NCBI GenBank assembly: GCA_964016885.1
Contig: OZ024742.1
Coordinates: forward strand, 14,136,001-14,200,000
Reading direction: 5' to 3'
Source of the DNA: Eledone cirrhosa
Taxonomy: Eukaryota
Length of the DNA: 64,000 nucleotides
Both the position numbers and the translations under genes were made by a program. The notes beneath the pieces are model-generated. The model was not told the DNA's origin. It ran no database searches and saw nothing but the letters and a program-made list of their open reading frames with translations. Numbering within the stretch: position 1 is the stretch's first letter; every line of letters starts with the position of its first letter. Positions 1 through 15,000 of this stretch are shown one piece after another.

Positions 1-3000
1 TAGTCTCAATGTGAGACCTAACCCTAGAAGTGACCACCTGACCTAATCTAGCCTCAATGTGAGACTATCTAACCCAAGAAGTGACCACCTGACCTAGTCT
101 AGCCTCAATGTGAGACCATCTAACCCTAGAAGTGACCACCTTACCTAGTCTAACCTCAATGTGAGACCTCTAACCCTAGAAGTGACCAGCTGACCTTGTC
201 TAGCCACAATCTTTGACTTTCTATCCCTAGAAGTGACCACCTGACCTAGTCTAGCCTCAATGTGAGATAATCTAACGCAAGAAGTGACCACCTGACCTAG
301 TCTAGCCTCAATGTGAGACGATCTAACCCAAGAAGTGACCACCTGAACTAGTGTAATCTCAATGAGACCTAACCCAAGAAGTGACCACCTGACCTAGTCT
401 AGCCTCAATGTGAGACGATCTAACCCAAAAAGTGACCACCTGAACTAGTGTAACCTCAATGAGACCTAACCCTAGAAGTGACCACCTGACCTTGTCTAGC
501 CTCACTGTGAGACCATCTAACGCAAGGAGTGACCACCTGACCTAGTGTAACCTCAATGTGAGAACTTCTAACCCTAGAAGTGACCACTTACCTAGTCTAA
601 CCTCAATGTGAGACCTAACCCTAGAAGTGACCACCAGACCTAGTCTAGCCTCAATGTGAGACCTTCTAACCCTAGAAGTGACCACCTTACCTAGTCTAGT
701 CTCAATGTGAGACCTAACCCTAGAAGTGACCACCTGACCTAGTCTAGCCTCAATGTGAGATCTTACTCTAGAAGTGACCACCTGACCTAGTCTAGCCTCA
801 ATGTGAGACCTAACCCTAGAAGTGACCACCTGACCTAGTCTAGCCTCAATGTGAGACCTAACCTTAGAAGTGACCACCTGACCTAATCTAGTCTCAATGT
901 GAGACTATCTAACCCAAGAAGTGACCAGCTGACCTAGTCTAGCCTCAATGTGAGACCTTGTAACCCTAGAAGTGACCACCTGACCTAGTCTAGCCTCAAT
1001 GTGAGACCTAACTCTCGAAGTGAACACCTGACCTAGTCTAGCCTCAATGTGAGACCATCTAACCCTAGAAGTGACCACCTGACCTAGTCTAACCTCAATG
1101 TGAGACCTCTAACCCTAGAAGTGACCAGCTGACCTTGTCTAGCCTCAATGTTTGACCTTCTATCCCTAGAAGTGACCACCTGACCGAGTCTAGCCTCAAT
1201 GTGAGATAATCTAATGCAAGACGTGACCACCTGACCTAGTGTAACCTCAATGTGAGACCTAACCCTAGAAGTGACCAGCTGACCTAGTCTAGCCTCAATG
1301 TGAGACTTCTAACCCTAGAAGTGACAACCTGACCGAGTGTAAACTGAATGTGAGACCTAACCCAAGAAGTAACCACCTGACCTAGTCTAGCCTCCAATGT
1401 GAGACCTAATCCTAGAAGTGACCACCTGACCTAGTCTAGCCTCAATGTGAGACCTGACCTAGTCTAGACTCAATGTGTGACCTATCCCTAGAAGTGACCA
1501 CCTGACCTAGTGTAACCTAACCCTAGAAGTGACCAACTGACCTAGTCTAGCCTAAATGCGAGACCTAACCCTAGAAGTGACCACCTGACCTAGTCTAGCC
1601 TCAATGTGAGACCTAACCCTAGAAGTGACCACCTGACCTAGTCTAGCCTCAATGTGAGATTTCTAACCCTAGAAGTGACAACCTGACCAAGTGTAAACTG
1701 AATGTGAGATCTAACCCAAGAAGTGACCACCTGACCTAGTCTAGCCTCAATGTGAGACCTTCTAACCCTAGAAGTGACCACCTCACCTAGTCTAACCTCA
1801 ATGTGAGACCTCTAACCCTAGAAGTGACCAGCTGACCGTGTCTAGCCTCAATGTGTGACTTATCCCTAGAAGTGACCACCTGACCTAGTGTAACCTAAAC
1901 CTAGAAGTGACCACCTGACCTTGTCTAGCCTCACTGTGAGACCATCTAACTCAAGGAGTGACCACCTGACCTAGTGTAACCTCAATGTGACAACTTCTAA
2001 ACCTAGAAGTGACCACTTACCTAGTCTAACCTCAATGTGAGACCTAACCCTAGAAATGACCACCAGACCTAGTCTAGCCTCAATGTGAGACCTAACACTA
2101 GAAGTGACCACCTGACCTAGTCTGACCTCTAACCCTGGAAGTGACCAGCTGACCTTGTCTAGTCTCAAGGTTTGACCTATCCCTAGAAGTGACCACCTGA
2201 CCTACTCTAGCCTCAATATGAGACCATCTAACGCAAGAAGTGACCACCTGACCTAGTGTAACCTCAATGTGAGTCCTAACCCTAGAAGTGACCACCTGAC
2301 CTTGTCTAACCTCAATGTGAGACCTTGTAACCCTAGAAGTGACCACCTGACCTAGTCTAGCCTCAATGTGAGACCATCTAACCCTAGAAGTGACCACCTT
2401 ACCTAGTCTAGCCTCAATATGAGACCATCTAACGCAAGAAGTGACCACCTGACCTAGTGTAACCTCAATGTGAGACCTAACTCTATAAGTGACCACCTGA
2501 CCTAGTCTAGCCTCAATGTGAGACCTAACCCTAGAAGTGAACACCTGGCCTAGTCTAGCCTTAATATGAGACCATCTAACCCTAGAAATGACCACCTTAC
2601 CTAGTCTAGTCTCAATGTGAGACCTAGCCCTAGAAGTGACCACCTGACTTAGTCTAGCCTGAATGTGAGACCTTCTAACCCAAGAAGTGACCAGCTGACC
2701 TAGTCTAGCCTCAATGTGAGACTTCTAACCCTAGAAGTGACAACCTGACCTAGTGTAAACTGAATGTGAGAACTAACCCAAGAAGTGACCACCTGACCTA
2801 GTCTAGCCTCAATGTGAGACGATCTAACCCAAGAAGTGACCACCTGAACTAGTGTAACCTCAATGAGACCTAACCCTAGAAGTGACAACCTGACCTAGTC
2901 TAGCCTCAATGTGAGACCTAACCCTAGCAGTGACCACCTGACCTAGTCTAGCCTCAACGTGAGACCTAACCCTAGAAGTGACCACCTGACCTTATCTAGC

Positions 3001-6000
3001 CTCAATGTGAGACTATCTAACCCAAGAAGTGACCACCTGACCTAGTCTAGCCTCAATGTGAGACCATCTAACCCTAGAAGTGACCACCTGACCTAGTCTA
3101 ACCTCAATGTGAGACCTCTAACCCTAGAAGTGACCAGCTGACCTTGTCTAGCCTCAATGTTTGACCTTCTATCCCTAGAAGTGACCACCTGACCTAGTCG
3201 AGCCTCAATGTGAGATAATCTAACGCAAGAAGTGACCACCTGACCTAGTGTAACCTCAATGTGAGACCTAACCCTAGAAGTGACCAGCTGACCTAGTCTA
3301 GCCTCAATGTGAGACTTCTAACCCTAGAAGTGACAACCTGACCGAGTGTAAACTGAATGTGAGACCTAACCCAAGAAGTAACCACCTGACCTAGTCTAGC
3401 CTCCAATGTGAGACCTAATCCTAGAAGTGACCACCTGACCTAGTCTAGCCTCAATGTGAGACCTAACCCTAGAAGTGATCAGCTGACCTAGTCTAGCCTC
3501 AATGTGTGACCTATCCCTAGAAGTGACCACCTGACCTAGTGTAACCTAACCCTAGAAGTGACCAACTGACCTAGTCTAGCCTAAATGTGAGACCTAACCC
3601 TAGAAGTGACCAACTGACCTAGTCTAGCCTCAATGTGAGACCATCTAATGCAAGAAGTGACCACCTGACCTAGTGTAACCTCATTGTGAGACATAACCCT
3701 AGAAGTGACCACCTGACCTAGTCTAACCTCAATGTGAGACCTTTAACCCTAGAAGTGACCACCTGACCTAGTCTAGCCTCAATGTGAGACCTAACCCTAG
3801 AAGTGACCACCTGACCTAGTCTAGCCTCAATGTGAGATTTCTAACCCTAGAAGTGACAACCTGACCAAGTGTAAACTGAATGTGAGACCTTCTAACCCAA
3901 GAAGTGACCACCTGACCTAGTCTAGCCTCAATGTGAGACCTTCTTACCCTAGAAGTGACCACCTGACCTAGTCTAGCCTCAATGTGAGACCTAACCCTAG
4001 AAGTGACCACCTCACCTAGTCTAACCTCAATGTGAGACCTCTAACCCTAAAAGTGACCAGCTGACCTTGTCTAGCCTCAATGTGTGACTTATCCCTAGAA
4101 GTGACCACCTGACCTAGTGTAACCTAAACCTAGAAGTGACCACCTGACCTTGTCTAGCCTCACTGTGAGAGCATCTAATGCAAGGAGTGACCACCTGTGA
4201 GAACTGACCACCTGACCTAATCTAGTCTCTATGTGAGACTATCTAACCCAAGAAGTGACCAGCTGACCTAGTCTAGCCTCAATGTGAGACTTCTAACCCT
4301 ATAAGTGACACCCTGACCGAGTGTATACTGAATGTGAGACCTAACCCAAGAAGTAACCACCTGACCTAGTCTAGCCTCCAATGTGAGACCTAATCCTAGA
4401 AGTGACCACCTGACCTAGTCTAGCCTCAATGTGAGACCTAACCCTAGAAGTGACCACCTGACCTAGTCTAGCCTCAATGTGAGATCTTACTCTAGAAGTG
4501 ACCACCTGACCTAGTCTAGCCTCAATGTGAAACCTAACCCTAGAAGTGACCACCTGACCTAGTCTAGCCTCAATGTGAGACCTAACCTTAGAAGTGACCA
4601 CCTGACCTAATCTAGTCTCAATGTGAGACTATCTAACCCAAGAAGTGACCAGCTGACCTAGTCTAGCCTCAATGTGAGACCTTGTAACCCTAGAAGTGAC
4701 CACCTGACCTAGTCTAGCCTCAATGTGAGACCTAACTCTCGAAGTGAACACCTGACCTAGTCTAGCCTCAATGTGAGACCATCTAACCCTAGAAGTGACC
4801 ACCTTACCTAGTCTAGTCTCATTGTGAGACCTAACCCTAGAAGTGACAACCTGACCTAGTGTAAACTGAATGTGAGACCTAACCCAAGAAGTGACCACCT
4901 GACCTAGTCTAGCCTCAATGTGAGACGATCTAACCCAAGAAGTGACCACCTGAACTAGTGTAACCTCAATGAGACCTAACCCAAGAAGTGACCACCTGAC
5001 CTAGTCTAGCCTCAATGTGAGACGATCTAACCCAAAAAGTGACCACCTGAACTAGTGTAACCTCAATGAGACCTAACCCTAGAAGTGACCACCTGACCTT
5101 GTCTAGCCTCACTGTGAGACCATCTAACGCAAGGAGTGACCACCTGACCTAGTGTAACCTCAATGTGAGAACTTCTAACCCTAGAAGTGACCACTTACCT
5201 AGTCTAACCTCAATGTGAGACCTAACCCTAGAAGTGACCACCAGACCTAGTCTAGCCTCAATGTGAGACCTTCTAACCCTAGAAGTGACCACCTTACCTA
5301 GTCTAGTCTCAATGTGAGACCTAACCCTAGAAGTGACCACCTGACCTAGTCTAGCCTCAATGTGAGATCTTACTCTAGAAGTGACCACCTGACCTAGTCT
5401 AGCCTCAATGTGAGACCTAACCCTAGAAGTGACCACCTGACCTAGTCTAGCCTCAATGTGAGACCTAACCTTAGAAGTGACCACCTGACCTAATCTAGTC
5501 TCAATGTGAGACTATCTAACCCAAGAAGTGACCAGCTGACCTAGTCTAGCCTCAATGTGAGACCTTGTAACCCTAGAAGTGACCACCTGACCTAGTCTAG
5601 CCTCAATGTGAGACCTAACTCTCGAAGTGAACACCTGACCTAGTCTAGCCTCAATGTGAGACCATCTAACCCTAGAAGTGACCACCTGACCTAGTCTAAC
5701 CTCAATGTGAGACCTCTAACCCTAGAAGTGACCAGCTGACCTTGTCTAGCCTCAATGTTTGACCTTCTATCCCTAGAAGTGACCACCTGACCGAGTCTAG
5801 CCTCAATGTGAGATAATCTAATGCAAGACGTGACCACCTGACCTAGTGTAACCTCAATGTGAGACCTAACCCTAGAAGTGACCAGCTGACCTAGTCTAGC
5901 CTCAATGTGAGACTTCTAACCCTAGAAGTGACAACCTGACCGAGTGTAAACTGAATGTGAGACCTAACCCAAGAAGTAACCACCTGACCTAGTCTAGCCT

Positions 6001-9000
6001 CCAATGTGAGACCTAATCCTAGAAGTGACCACCTGACCTAGTCTAGCCTCAATGTGAGACCTGACCTAGTCTAGACTCAATGTGTGACCTATCCCTAGAA
6101 GTGACCACCTGACCTAGTGTAACCTAACCCTAGAAGTGACCAACTGACCTAGTCTAGCCTAAATGCGAGACCTAACCCTAGAAGTGACCACCTGACCTAG
6201 TCTAGCCTCAATGTGAGACCTAACCCTAGAAGTGACCACCTGACCTAGTCTAGCCTCAATGTGAGATTTCTAACCCTAGAAGTGACAACCTGACCAAGTG
6301 TAAACTGAATGTGAGATCTAACCCAAGAAGTGACCACCTGACCTAGTCTAGCCTCAATGTGAGACCTTCTAACCCTAGAAGTGACCACCTCACCTAGTCT
6401 AACCTCAATGTGAGACCTCTAACCCTAGAAGTGACCAGCTGACCGTGTCTAGCCTCAATGTGTGACTTATCCCTAGAAGTGACCACCAGACCTAGTGTAA
6501 CCTAAACCTAGAAGTGACCACCTGACCTTGTCTAGCCTCACTGTGAGACCATCTAACTCAAGGAGTGACCACCTGACCTAGTGTAACCTCAATGTGACAA
6601 CTTCTAAACCTAGAAGTGACCACTTACCTAGTCTAACCTCAATGTGAGACCTAACCCTAGAAATGACCACCAGACCTAGTCTAGCCTCAATGTGAGACCT
6701 AACACTAGAAGTGACCACCTGACCTAGTCTGACCTCTAACCCTGGAAGTGACCAGCTGACCTTGTCTAGTCTCAAGGTTTGACCTATCCCTAGAAGTGAC
6801 CACCTGACCTACTCTAGCCTCAATATGAGACCATCTAACGCAAGAAGTGACCACCTGACCTAATCTAGCCTCAATGTGAGACTATCTAACCCAAGAAGTG
6901 ACCACCTGACCTAGACTAGCCTCAATGTGAGACCATCTAACCCTAGAAGTGACCACCTTACCTAGTCTAACCTCAATGTGAGACCTCTAACCCTAGAAGT
7001 GACCAGCTGACCTTGTCTAGCCACGATCTTTGACCTTCTAACCCAAGAAGTGACCAGCTGACCTAGTCTAGCCTCAATGTGAGACTTCTAACCCTAGAAG
7101 TGACAACCTGACCTAGTGTAAACTGAATGTGAGACCTTCTAACCCAAGAAGTGACCATCTGACCTAGTCTAGCCTCAATGTGAGACGATCTAACCCAAGA
7201 AGTGACCTCCTGACCTAGTGTAACCTCAATGAGACCTAACACGAGAAGCGACCATCTGACTTAGTCCAGCCTCAATGTGAGATCTTCTAACCCTTGAAGT
7301 GACCACCTGACCTAGTCTAGCCTCATTTGGAGACCTAACCCTAGAAGTGACCACCTGACCTAGTCTAACCTCAATGTGAGACCTAACCCTAGAAGTGACC
7401 ACCTGACCTACTGTAGCCTCAATGTGAGAGTATCTAACCCAAGAAGTGACCACCTGACCTAGTCTAGCCTCAATGTGAGACCATCTAACCCTAGAATTGA
7501 CCACGTGACCTAATCTAACCTCAATGTGAGACCTCTAACCCTAGAACTGAACAGCTGACCTTGTCTAGCCTCAATGTATGACTTATCCCTAGAAGTGATC
7601 ACCTGACCTAGTCTAGCCTCAATGTGAGACCATCTAACGCAAAAAGTGACCACCTGACCTAGTGTAACCTCAATGTGAGATCTAACCCTAGAAGTGACCA
7701 CCTCACTTAGTCTAGCCTGAATGTGAGACCTTCTAACCTTAGAAGTGACCACCTGAGCTAATCTAGTCTCAATGTGAGACTATCTAACCCAAGAAGTGAC
7801 CAGCTGACCTAGTCTAGCCTCAATGTGAGACGATCTAACCCAAGAAGTGACCACCTGAACTAGTGTAACCTCAATGAGACCTAACCCTAGAAGTGACAAC
7901 CTGACCTAGTCTAGCCTCAATGTGAGACCTAACCCTAGAAGTGACAACCTGACCTAGTGTAAACTGAATGTGAGACCTAACCCAAGAAGTGACCACCTGA
8001 CCTAGTCTAGCCTCAATGTGAGACGATCTAACCCAAGAAGTGACCACCTGAACTAGTGTAACCTCAATGAGACCTAACCCTAGAAGTGACAACCTGACCT
8101 AGTCTAGCCTCAATGTGAGACCTAACCCTAGCAGTGACCACCTGACCTAGTCTAGCCTCAACGTGAGACCTAACCCTAGAAGTGATTACCTGACCTAATC
8201 TAGCCTCAATGTGAGACTATCTAACCCAAGAAGTGACCACCTGACCTAGTCTAGCCTCAATGTGAGACCATCTAACCCTAGAAGTGACCACCTGACCTAG
8301 TCTAACCTCAATGTGAGACCTCTAACCCTAGAAGTGACCAGCTGACCTTGTCTAGCCTCAATGTTTGACCTTCTATCCCTAGAAGTGACCACCTGACCTA
8401 GTCTAGCCTCAACGTGAGATAATCTAACGCAAGAAGTGACCACCTGACCTAGTGTAACCTCAATGTGAGACCTAACCCTAGAAGTGACCAGCTGACCTAG
8501 TCTAGCCTCAATGTGAGACTTCTAACCCTAGAAGTGACAACCTGACCGAGTGTAAACTGAATGTGAGACCTAACCCTAGAAGTGATCAGCTGACCTAGTC
8601 TAGCCTCAATGTGTGACCTATCCCTAGAAGTGACCACCTGACCTAGTGTAACCTAACCCTAGAAGTGACCAACTGACCTAGTCTAGCCTAAATGTGAGAC
8701 CTAACCCTAGAAGTGACCACCTGACCTAGTCTAGCCTCAATGTGAGACCATCTAACGCAAGAAGTGACCACCTGACCTAGTGTAACCTCATTGTGAGACA
8801 TAACCCTAGAAGTGACCACCTGACCTAGTCTAACCTCAATGTGAGACCTTTTAACCCTAGAAGTGACCACCTGACCTAGTCTAGCCTCAATGTGAGACCT
8901 AACCCTAGAAGTGACCACCTGACCTAGTCTAGCCTCAATGTGAGATTTCTAAACCTAGAAGTGACAACCTAACCAAGTGTAAACTGAATGTGAGACCTAA

Positions 9001-12000
9001 CCCAAGAAGTGACCATCTGACATAGTCTAGCCTCAATGTGAGACCTTCTAACCCTAGAAGTGACCACCTGACCTAGTCTAGCCTCAATGTGAGACCTAAC
9101 CCTAGAAGTGACCACCTCACCTAGTCTAACCTCAATGTGAGACCTCTAACCCTAGAAGTGACCAGCTGACCTTGTCTAGCCTCAATGTGTGACTTATCCC
9201 TAGAAGTGACCACCTGACCTAGTGTAACCTAAACCTAGAAGTGACCACCTGACCTTGTCTAGCCTCACTGTGAGACCATCTAACGCAAGGAGTGACCACC
9301 TGACCTAGTGTAACCTCAATGTGAGAACTTCTAACCCTAGAAGTGACCACTTACCTAGTCTAACCTCAATGTGAGACCTAACCCTAGAAGTGACCACCTG
9401 ACCTAGTCTAGCCTCAATGTGAGATCTTACTCTAGAAGTGACCACCTGACCTAGTCTAGCCTCAATGTGAGACCTAACCCTAGAAGTGACCACCTGACCT
9501 AGTCTAGCCTCAATGTGAGACCTAACCTTAGAAGTGACCACCTGACCTAATCTAGTCTCAATTTTAGACTATCTAACCCAAGAAGTGACCAGCTGACCTA
9601 GTCTAGCCTCAATGTGAGACCTATCTCTCGAAGTGAACACCTGACCTGGTCTAGCCTCAATGTGAGACCATCTAACCCTAGAAGTGACCACCTTACCTAG
9701 TCTAGTCTCATTGTGAGACCTAACCCTAGAAGTGAACACCTGACCTAGTCTAGTCTCAATGTGAGACCTAACCCTAGAAGTGACCACCTGACCTAATCTA
9801 GCCTCAATGTGAGACTATCTAACCCAAGAAGTGACCACCTGACCTAGTCTAGCCTCAATGTGAGACCATCTAACCCTAGAAGTGACCACCTTACCTAGTC
9901 TAACCTCAATGTGAGACCTCTAACCCTAGAAGTGACCAGCTGACCTTGTCTAGCCACAATCTTTGACTTTCTATCCCTAGAAGTGACCACCTGACCTAGT
10001 CTAGCCTCAATGTGAGATAATCTAACGCAAGAAGTGACCACCTGACCTAGTGTAACCTCAATGTGAGACCTAACCCTAGAAATGACCACCTAACCTAGTC
10101 TAACCTCAATGTGAGACCTTGTAACCCTAGAAGTGACCACCTGACCTAGTCTAGCCTCAATGTGAGACCTAACGCTCGAAGTGAACACCTGACCTAGTCT
10201 AGCCTCAATGTGAGACCATCTAACCCTAGAAGTGACCACCTTACCTAGTCTAGTCTCAATGTGAGACCTAACCCTAGAAGTGAACACCTGACCTAGTCTA
10301 GCCTCAATGTGAGACCTAACCCTAGAAGTGACCACCTGACCTAATCGAGCCTCAATGTGAGACTATCTAACCCAAGAAGTGACCACCTGACCTAGTCTAA
10401 CCTCAATGTGAGACCATCTAACGCAAGAAGTGACCACCTGACCTAGTGTAACCTCAATGTGAGACCTTCTAACCCTAGAACTGACCACCTGACCTAATCT
10501 AGTCTCAATGTGAGACAATCTAACCCAAGAAGTGACCAGCTGACCTAGTCTAGCCTCAATGTGAGACTTCTAACCCTAGAAGTGACAACCTGACCGAGTG
10601 TAAACTGAATGTGAGACCTTCTAACCCAAGAAGTAACCACCTGACCTAGTCTAGCCTCCAATGTGAGACCTAATCCTAGAAGTGACCACCTGACCTAGTC
10701 TAGCCTCAATGTGAGACCTAACCCTAGCAGTGACCACCTGACCTAGTCTAGCCTCAATGTGAGACCTAACCTTAGAAGGGACCACCTGACCTAATCTAGA
10801 CTCAATGTGAGATTATCTAACCCAAGAAGTGACCAGCTGACCTAGTCTAACCTCAATGTGAGACTTCTAACCCTAGAAGTGACAACCTGACCTAGTGTAA
10901 ACTGAATGTGAGACCTTTTAACCCAAGAAGTGACCATCTGACCTAGTCTAGCCTCAATGTGAGACGATCTAACCCAAGAAGTGACCTGACCTAGTGTAAC
11001 CTCAATGAGACCTTCTAACACTATAAGCGACCATCTGACCTAGTCCAGCCTCAATGTGAGATCTTCTAACCCTTGAAGTGACCACCTTACCTAGTCTAGC
11101 CTCATTTGGAGACCTAACTCTAGAAGTGACCACCTGACCTAGTCGAACCTCAATGTGAGACCTAACCCTAGAAGTGACCACCTGACTTAGTCTAGCCTCA
11201 ATGTGAGACCTAACCCTAGAAGTGACCACCTGACCTACTGTAGCCTCAATGTGAGAGTATCTAACCCAAAAAGTGACCACCTGACCTAGTCTAGCCTCAA
11301 TGTGAGACCATCTAACCCTAGAAGTGACCACCTGACCTAATCTAACCTCAATGTGAGACCTCTAACCCTAGAACTGAACAGCTGACCTTGTCTAGCCTCA
11401 ATGTATGACCTATCCCTAGAAGTGACCACCTGACCTAGTCTAGTCTCAATGTAAGACCTAACCCTAGAAGTGACCACCTGACCTTGTCTAGCCTCAATGT
11501 GAGACCATCTAACGCAAGAAGTGACCACCTGACCTAGTTTAACCTCAATGTGAGACCTAACCCTAGAAGTGACCACCTGACCTAGTCTAACCTCAATGTG
11601 AGACCTAACCCTAGAAGTGACCACCTGACCTAGTCTAGCCTCAATGTGAGACAATCTAATGCAAGATGTGACCACCTGACCTAGTGTGACCTCAATGTGA
11701 GACCTTCTACCCTAGAAGTGACCACCTGACCTAATCTAGTCTCAATGTGAGACTATCTAACCCAAGAAGTGACCACCTTACCTAGTCTAGTCTCAATGTG
11801 AGACCTAACCCTAGAAGTGACCACCTGACCTAGTCTAGCCTCAATGTGAGATCTAACCCTAGAAGTGACAACCTGACCTAGTCTAGCCTCAATGTGAGAC
11901 TTCTAACCCTAGAAGTGACGACCTGACCTAGTGTAAACTGAATGTGAGACCTAACCCAAGAAGTGACCACCTGACCTAGTCTAGCTACAATGAGAGATCT

Positions 12001-15000
12001 TCTAACCCTTGAATTGACCACCTGACCTAGTCTAGCCTCATTGTGAGACCTAACCCTAGAAGTGACCACCTGACCTAGTCTAACCTCAATGTGAGACCTA
12101 ACCCTAGCAGTGACCACCTGACCTAGTCTAGCCTCAATGTGAGATAATCTAATGCAAGATGTGACCACCTGACCTAGTGTAACCTCAATGTGAGACCTTC
12201 TAACCGTAGAAGTGACCACCTGACCTAATCTAGTCTCAATGTGAGACTATCTAACCCAAGAAGTGACCACCTTATCTAGTCTAGTCTCAATGTGAGACCT
12301 AGCCCTAGAAATGACCACCTGACCTAGTCTAGCCTCAATGTGAGACCTAACCCTAGAAGTGACCACCTGACCTAGTCTAGCCTCAATGTGAGAGTATCTA
12401 ACACAAGAAGTGACCATCTGACCTAGTCTAACCTCAAAGTGAGACCTCTAACCCTAGAAGTGACCACCTGACCTTGTCTAGCCTCAATGTTTGACCTTCT
12501 TTCCCTAGAAGTGACCACCTGACCTAGTCTAGCCTCCATGTGAGATCATCTAACGCAAGAAGTGACCACCTGACCTAGTGTAACCTCAATGTGAGACCTA
12601 ACCCTAGAAGTGACCACCTGACCTAATCTAGTCTCAATGTGAGACTATCTAACCCAAGAAGTGACCAGTTGACCTAGTGTAAACTGAATGTGAGACCTAA
12701 CCCAAGAAGTGACCACCTGACCTAGTCTAGATACAATGTGAGATCTTCTAACCCTTGAATTGACCACCTGACCTAGTCTAACCTCAATGTGAGACCTTCT
12801 AACCCTAAAAGTGACCACCTGACCTAGTCTAGCCTCAATGTGAGACCTTCTAACCCTAGAAGTGAACACCTGACCTAGTCTAGCCTCAATGTGAGACCTA
12901 ACCCTAGAAGTGACCACCTGACCTAGTCTAGTCTCAATATGAGACCTTCTAACCTTAAAAGTGACCACCTGACCTAATCTAGTCTCAATGTGAGACTATC
13001 TAACCCAAGAAGTGACCAGCTGACCTAGTCTTGCCTCAATGTGAGACTTCTAACCCTAGAAGTGACAACCTGACCTAGTGTAAACTGAATGTGAGACCTT
13101 CTAACCCAAGAAGTTACCACCTGACCTAGTCTAGCTACAATGTGAGATCTTCTAACCCTTGAATTGACCACCTGACCTAGTCTAGCCTCATTGTGAGACC
13201 TAACCCTAGAAGTGACCACCTGACCTAGTCTAGTCTCAATGTGAGACTATCTAACCCAAGAAGTGACCAGCTGACCTAGTCTTGCCTCAATGTGAGACTT
13301 CTAACCCTAGAAGTGACAACCTGACCTAGTGTAAACTGAATGTGAGACCTTCTAACCCAAGAAGTTACCACCTGACCTAGTCTAGCTACAATGTGAGATC
13401 TTCTAACCCTTGAATTGACCACCTGACCTAGTCTAGCCTCATTGTGAGACCTAACCCTAGAAGTGACCACCTGACCTAGTCTAGCCTCAATGTTTGACCT
13501 TCTATCCCTAGAAGTGACCACCTGACCTAGTCTAGCCTCAATGTGAGATAATCTAACGCAAGAAGTGACCACCTGACCTAGTGTAACCTCAATGTGAGAC
13601 CTAACCCTAGAAGTGACCACCTGACCTAATCTAGTCTCAATGTGAGACTCTAACCCAGGAAGTGACCAGCTGACCTAGTCTAGCCTCAATGTGAGACTTC
13701 TAACCCTAGAAGTGACAACCTGACCGAGTGTAAACTGAATGTGAGACCTTCTAACCCAAGAAGTGACCACCTGACCTAGTCTAGCCTCAATGTGAGATGA
13801 TCTAACCCAAGAAGTGACCACCTGACCTAGTCTAGCCTCCAATGTGAGACCTAATCCTAGAAGTGACCACCTGACCTAGTCTAGCCTCAATGTGAGACCT
13901 AACCCTAGAAGTGACCACCTGACCTAGTCTAGCCTCAATGTGAGATCTTACTCTAGAAGTGACCACCTGACCTATTCTAGCCTCAATGTGAGACCTAACC
14001 CTAGAAGTGACCACCTGACCTAGTCTAGCCTCAATGTGAGACCTAACCTTAGAAGTGACCACCTGATCTAATCTAGTCTCAATGTGAGACTATCTAACCC
14101 AAGAAGTGACCAGCTGACCTAGTCTAGCCTCAATGTGAGACCTTGTAACCCTAGAAGTGACCACCTGACCTAGTCTAGTCTCAATGTGAGACCTAACTCT
14201 CGAAGTGAACACCTGACCTAGTCTAGCCTCAATGTGAGACCATCTAACCCTAGAAGTGACCACCTTACCTAGTCTAGTCTCATTGTGAGACCTAACCCTA
14301 GATGTGAACACCTGACCTAGTCTAGTCTCAATGTGAGATCTAACCCTAGAAGTGACCACCTGACCTAATCTAGCCTCAATGTGAGACTATCTAACCCAAG
14401 AAGTGACCACCTGACCTAGACTAGCCTCAATGTGAGACCATCTAACCCTAGAAGTGACCACCTTACCTAGTCTAACCTCAATGTGAGACCTCTAACCCTA
14501 GAAGTGACCAGCTGACCTTGTCTAGCCACGATCTTTGACCTTCTAACCCAAGAAGTGACCAGCTGACCTAGTCTAGCCTCAATGTGAGACTTCTAATCCT
14601 AGAAGTGACAACCTGACCTAGTGTAAACTGAATGTGAGACCTTCTAACCCAAGAAGTGACCATCTGACCTAGTCTAGCCTCAATGTGAGACGATCTAACC
14701 CAAGAAGTGACCTCCTGACCTAGTGTAACCTCAATGAGACCTAACACGAGAAGCGACCATCTGACTTAGTCCAGCCTCAATGTGAGATCTTCTAACCCTT
14801 GAAGTGACCACCTGACCTAGTCTAGCCTCATTTGGAGACCTAACCCTAGAAGTGACCACCTGACCTAGTCTAACCTCAATGTGAGACCTAACCCTAGAAG
14901 TGACCACCTGACCTACTGTAGCCTCAATGTGAGAGTATCTAACCCAAGAAGTGACCACCTGACCTAGTCTAGCCTCAATGTGAGACCATCTAACCCTAGA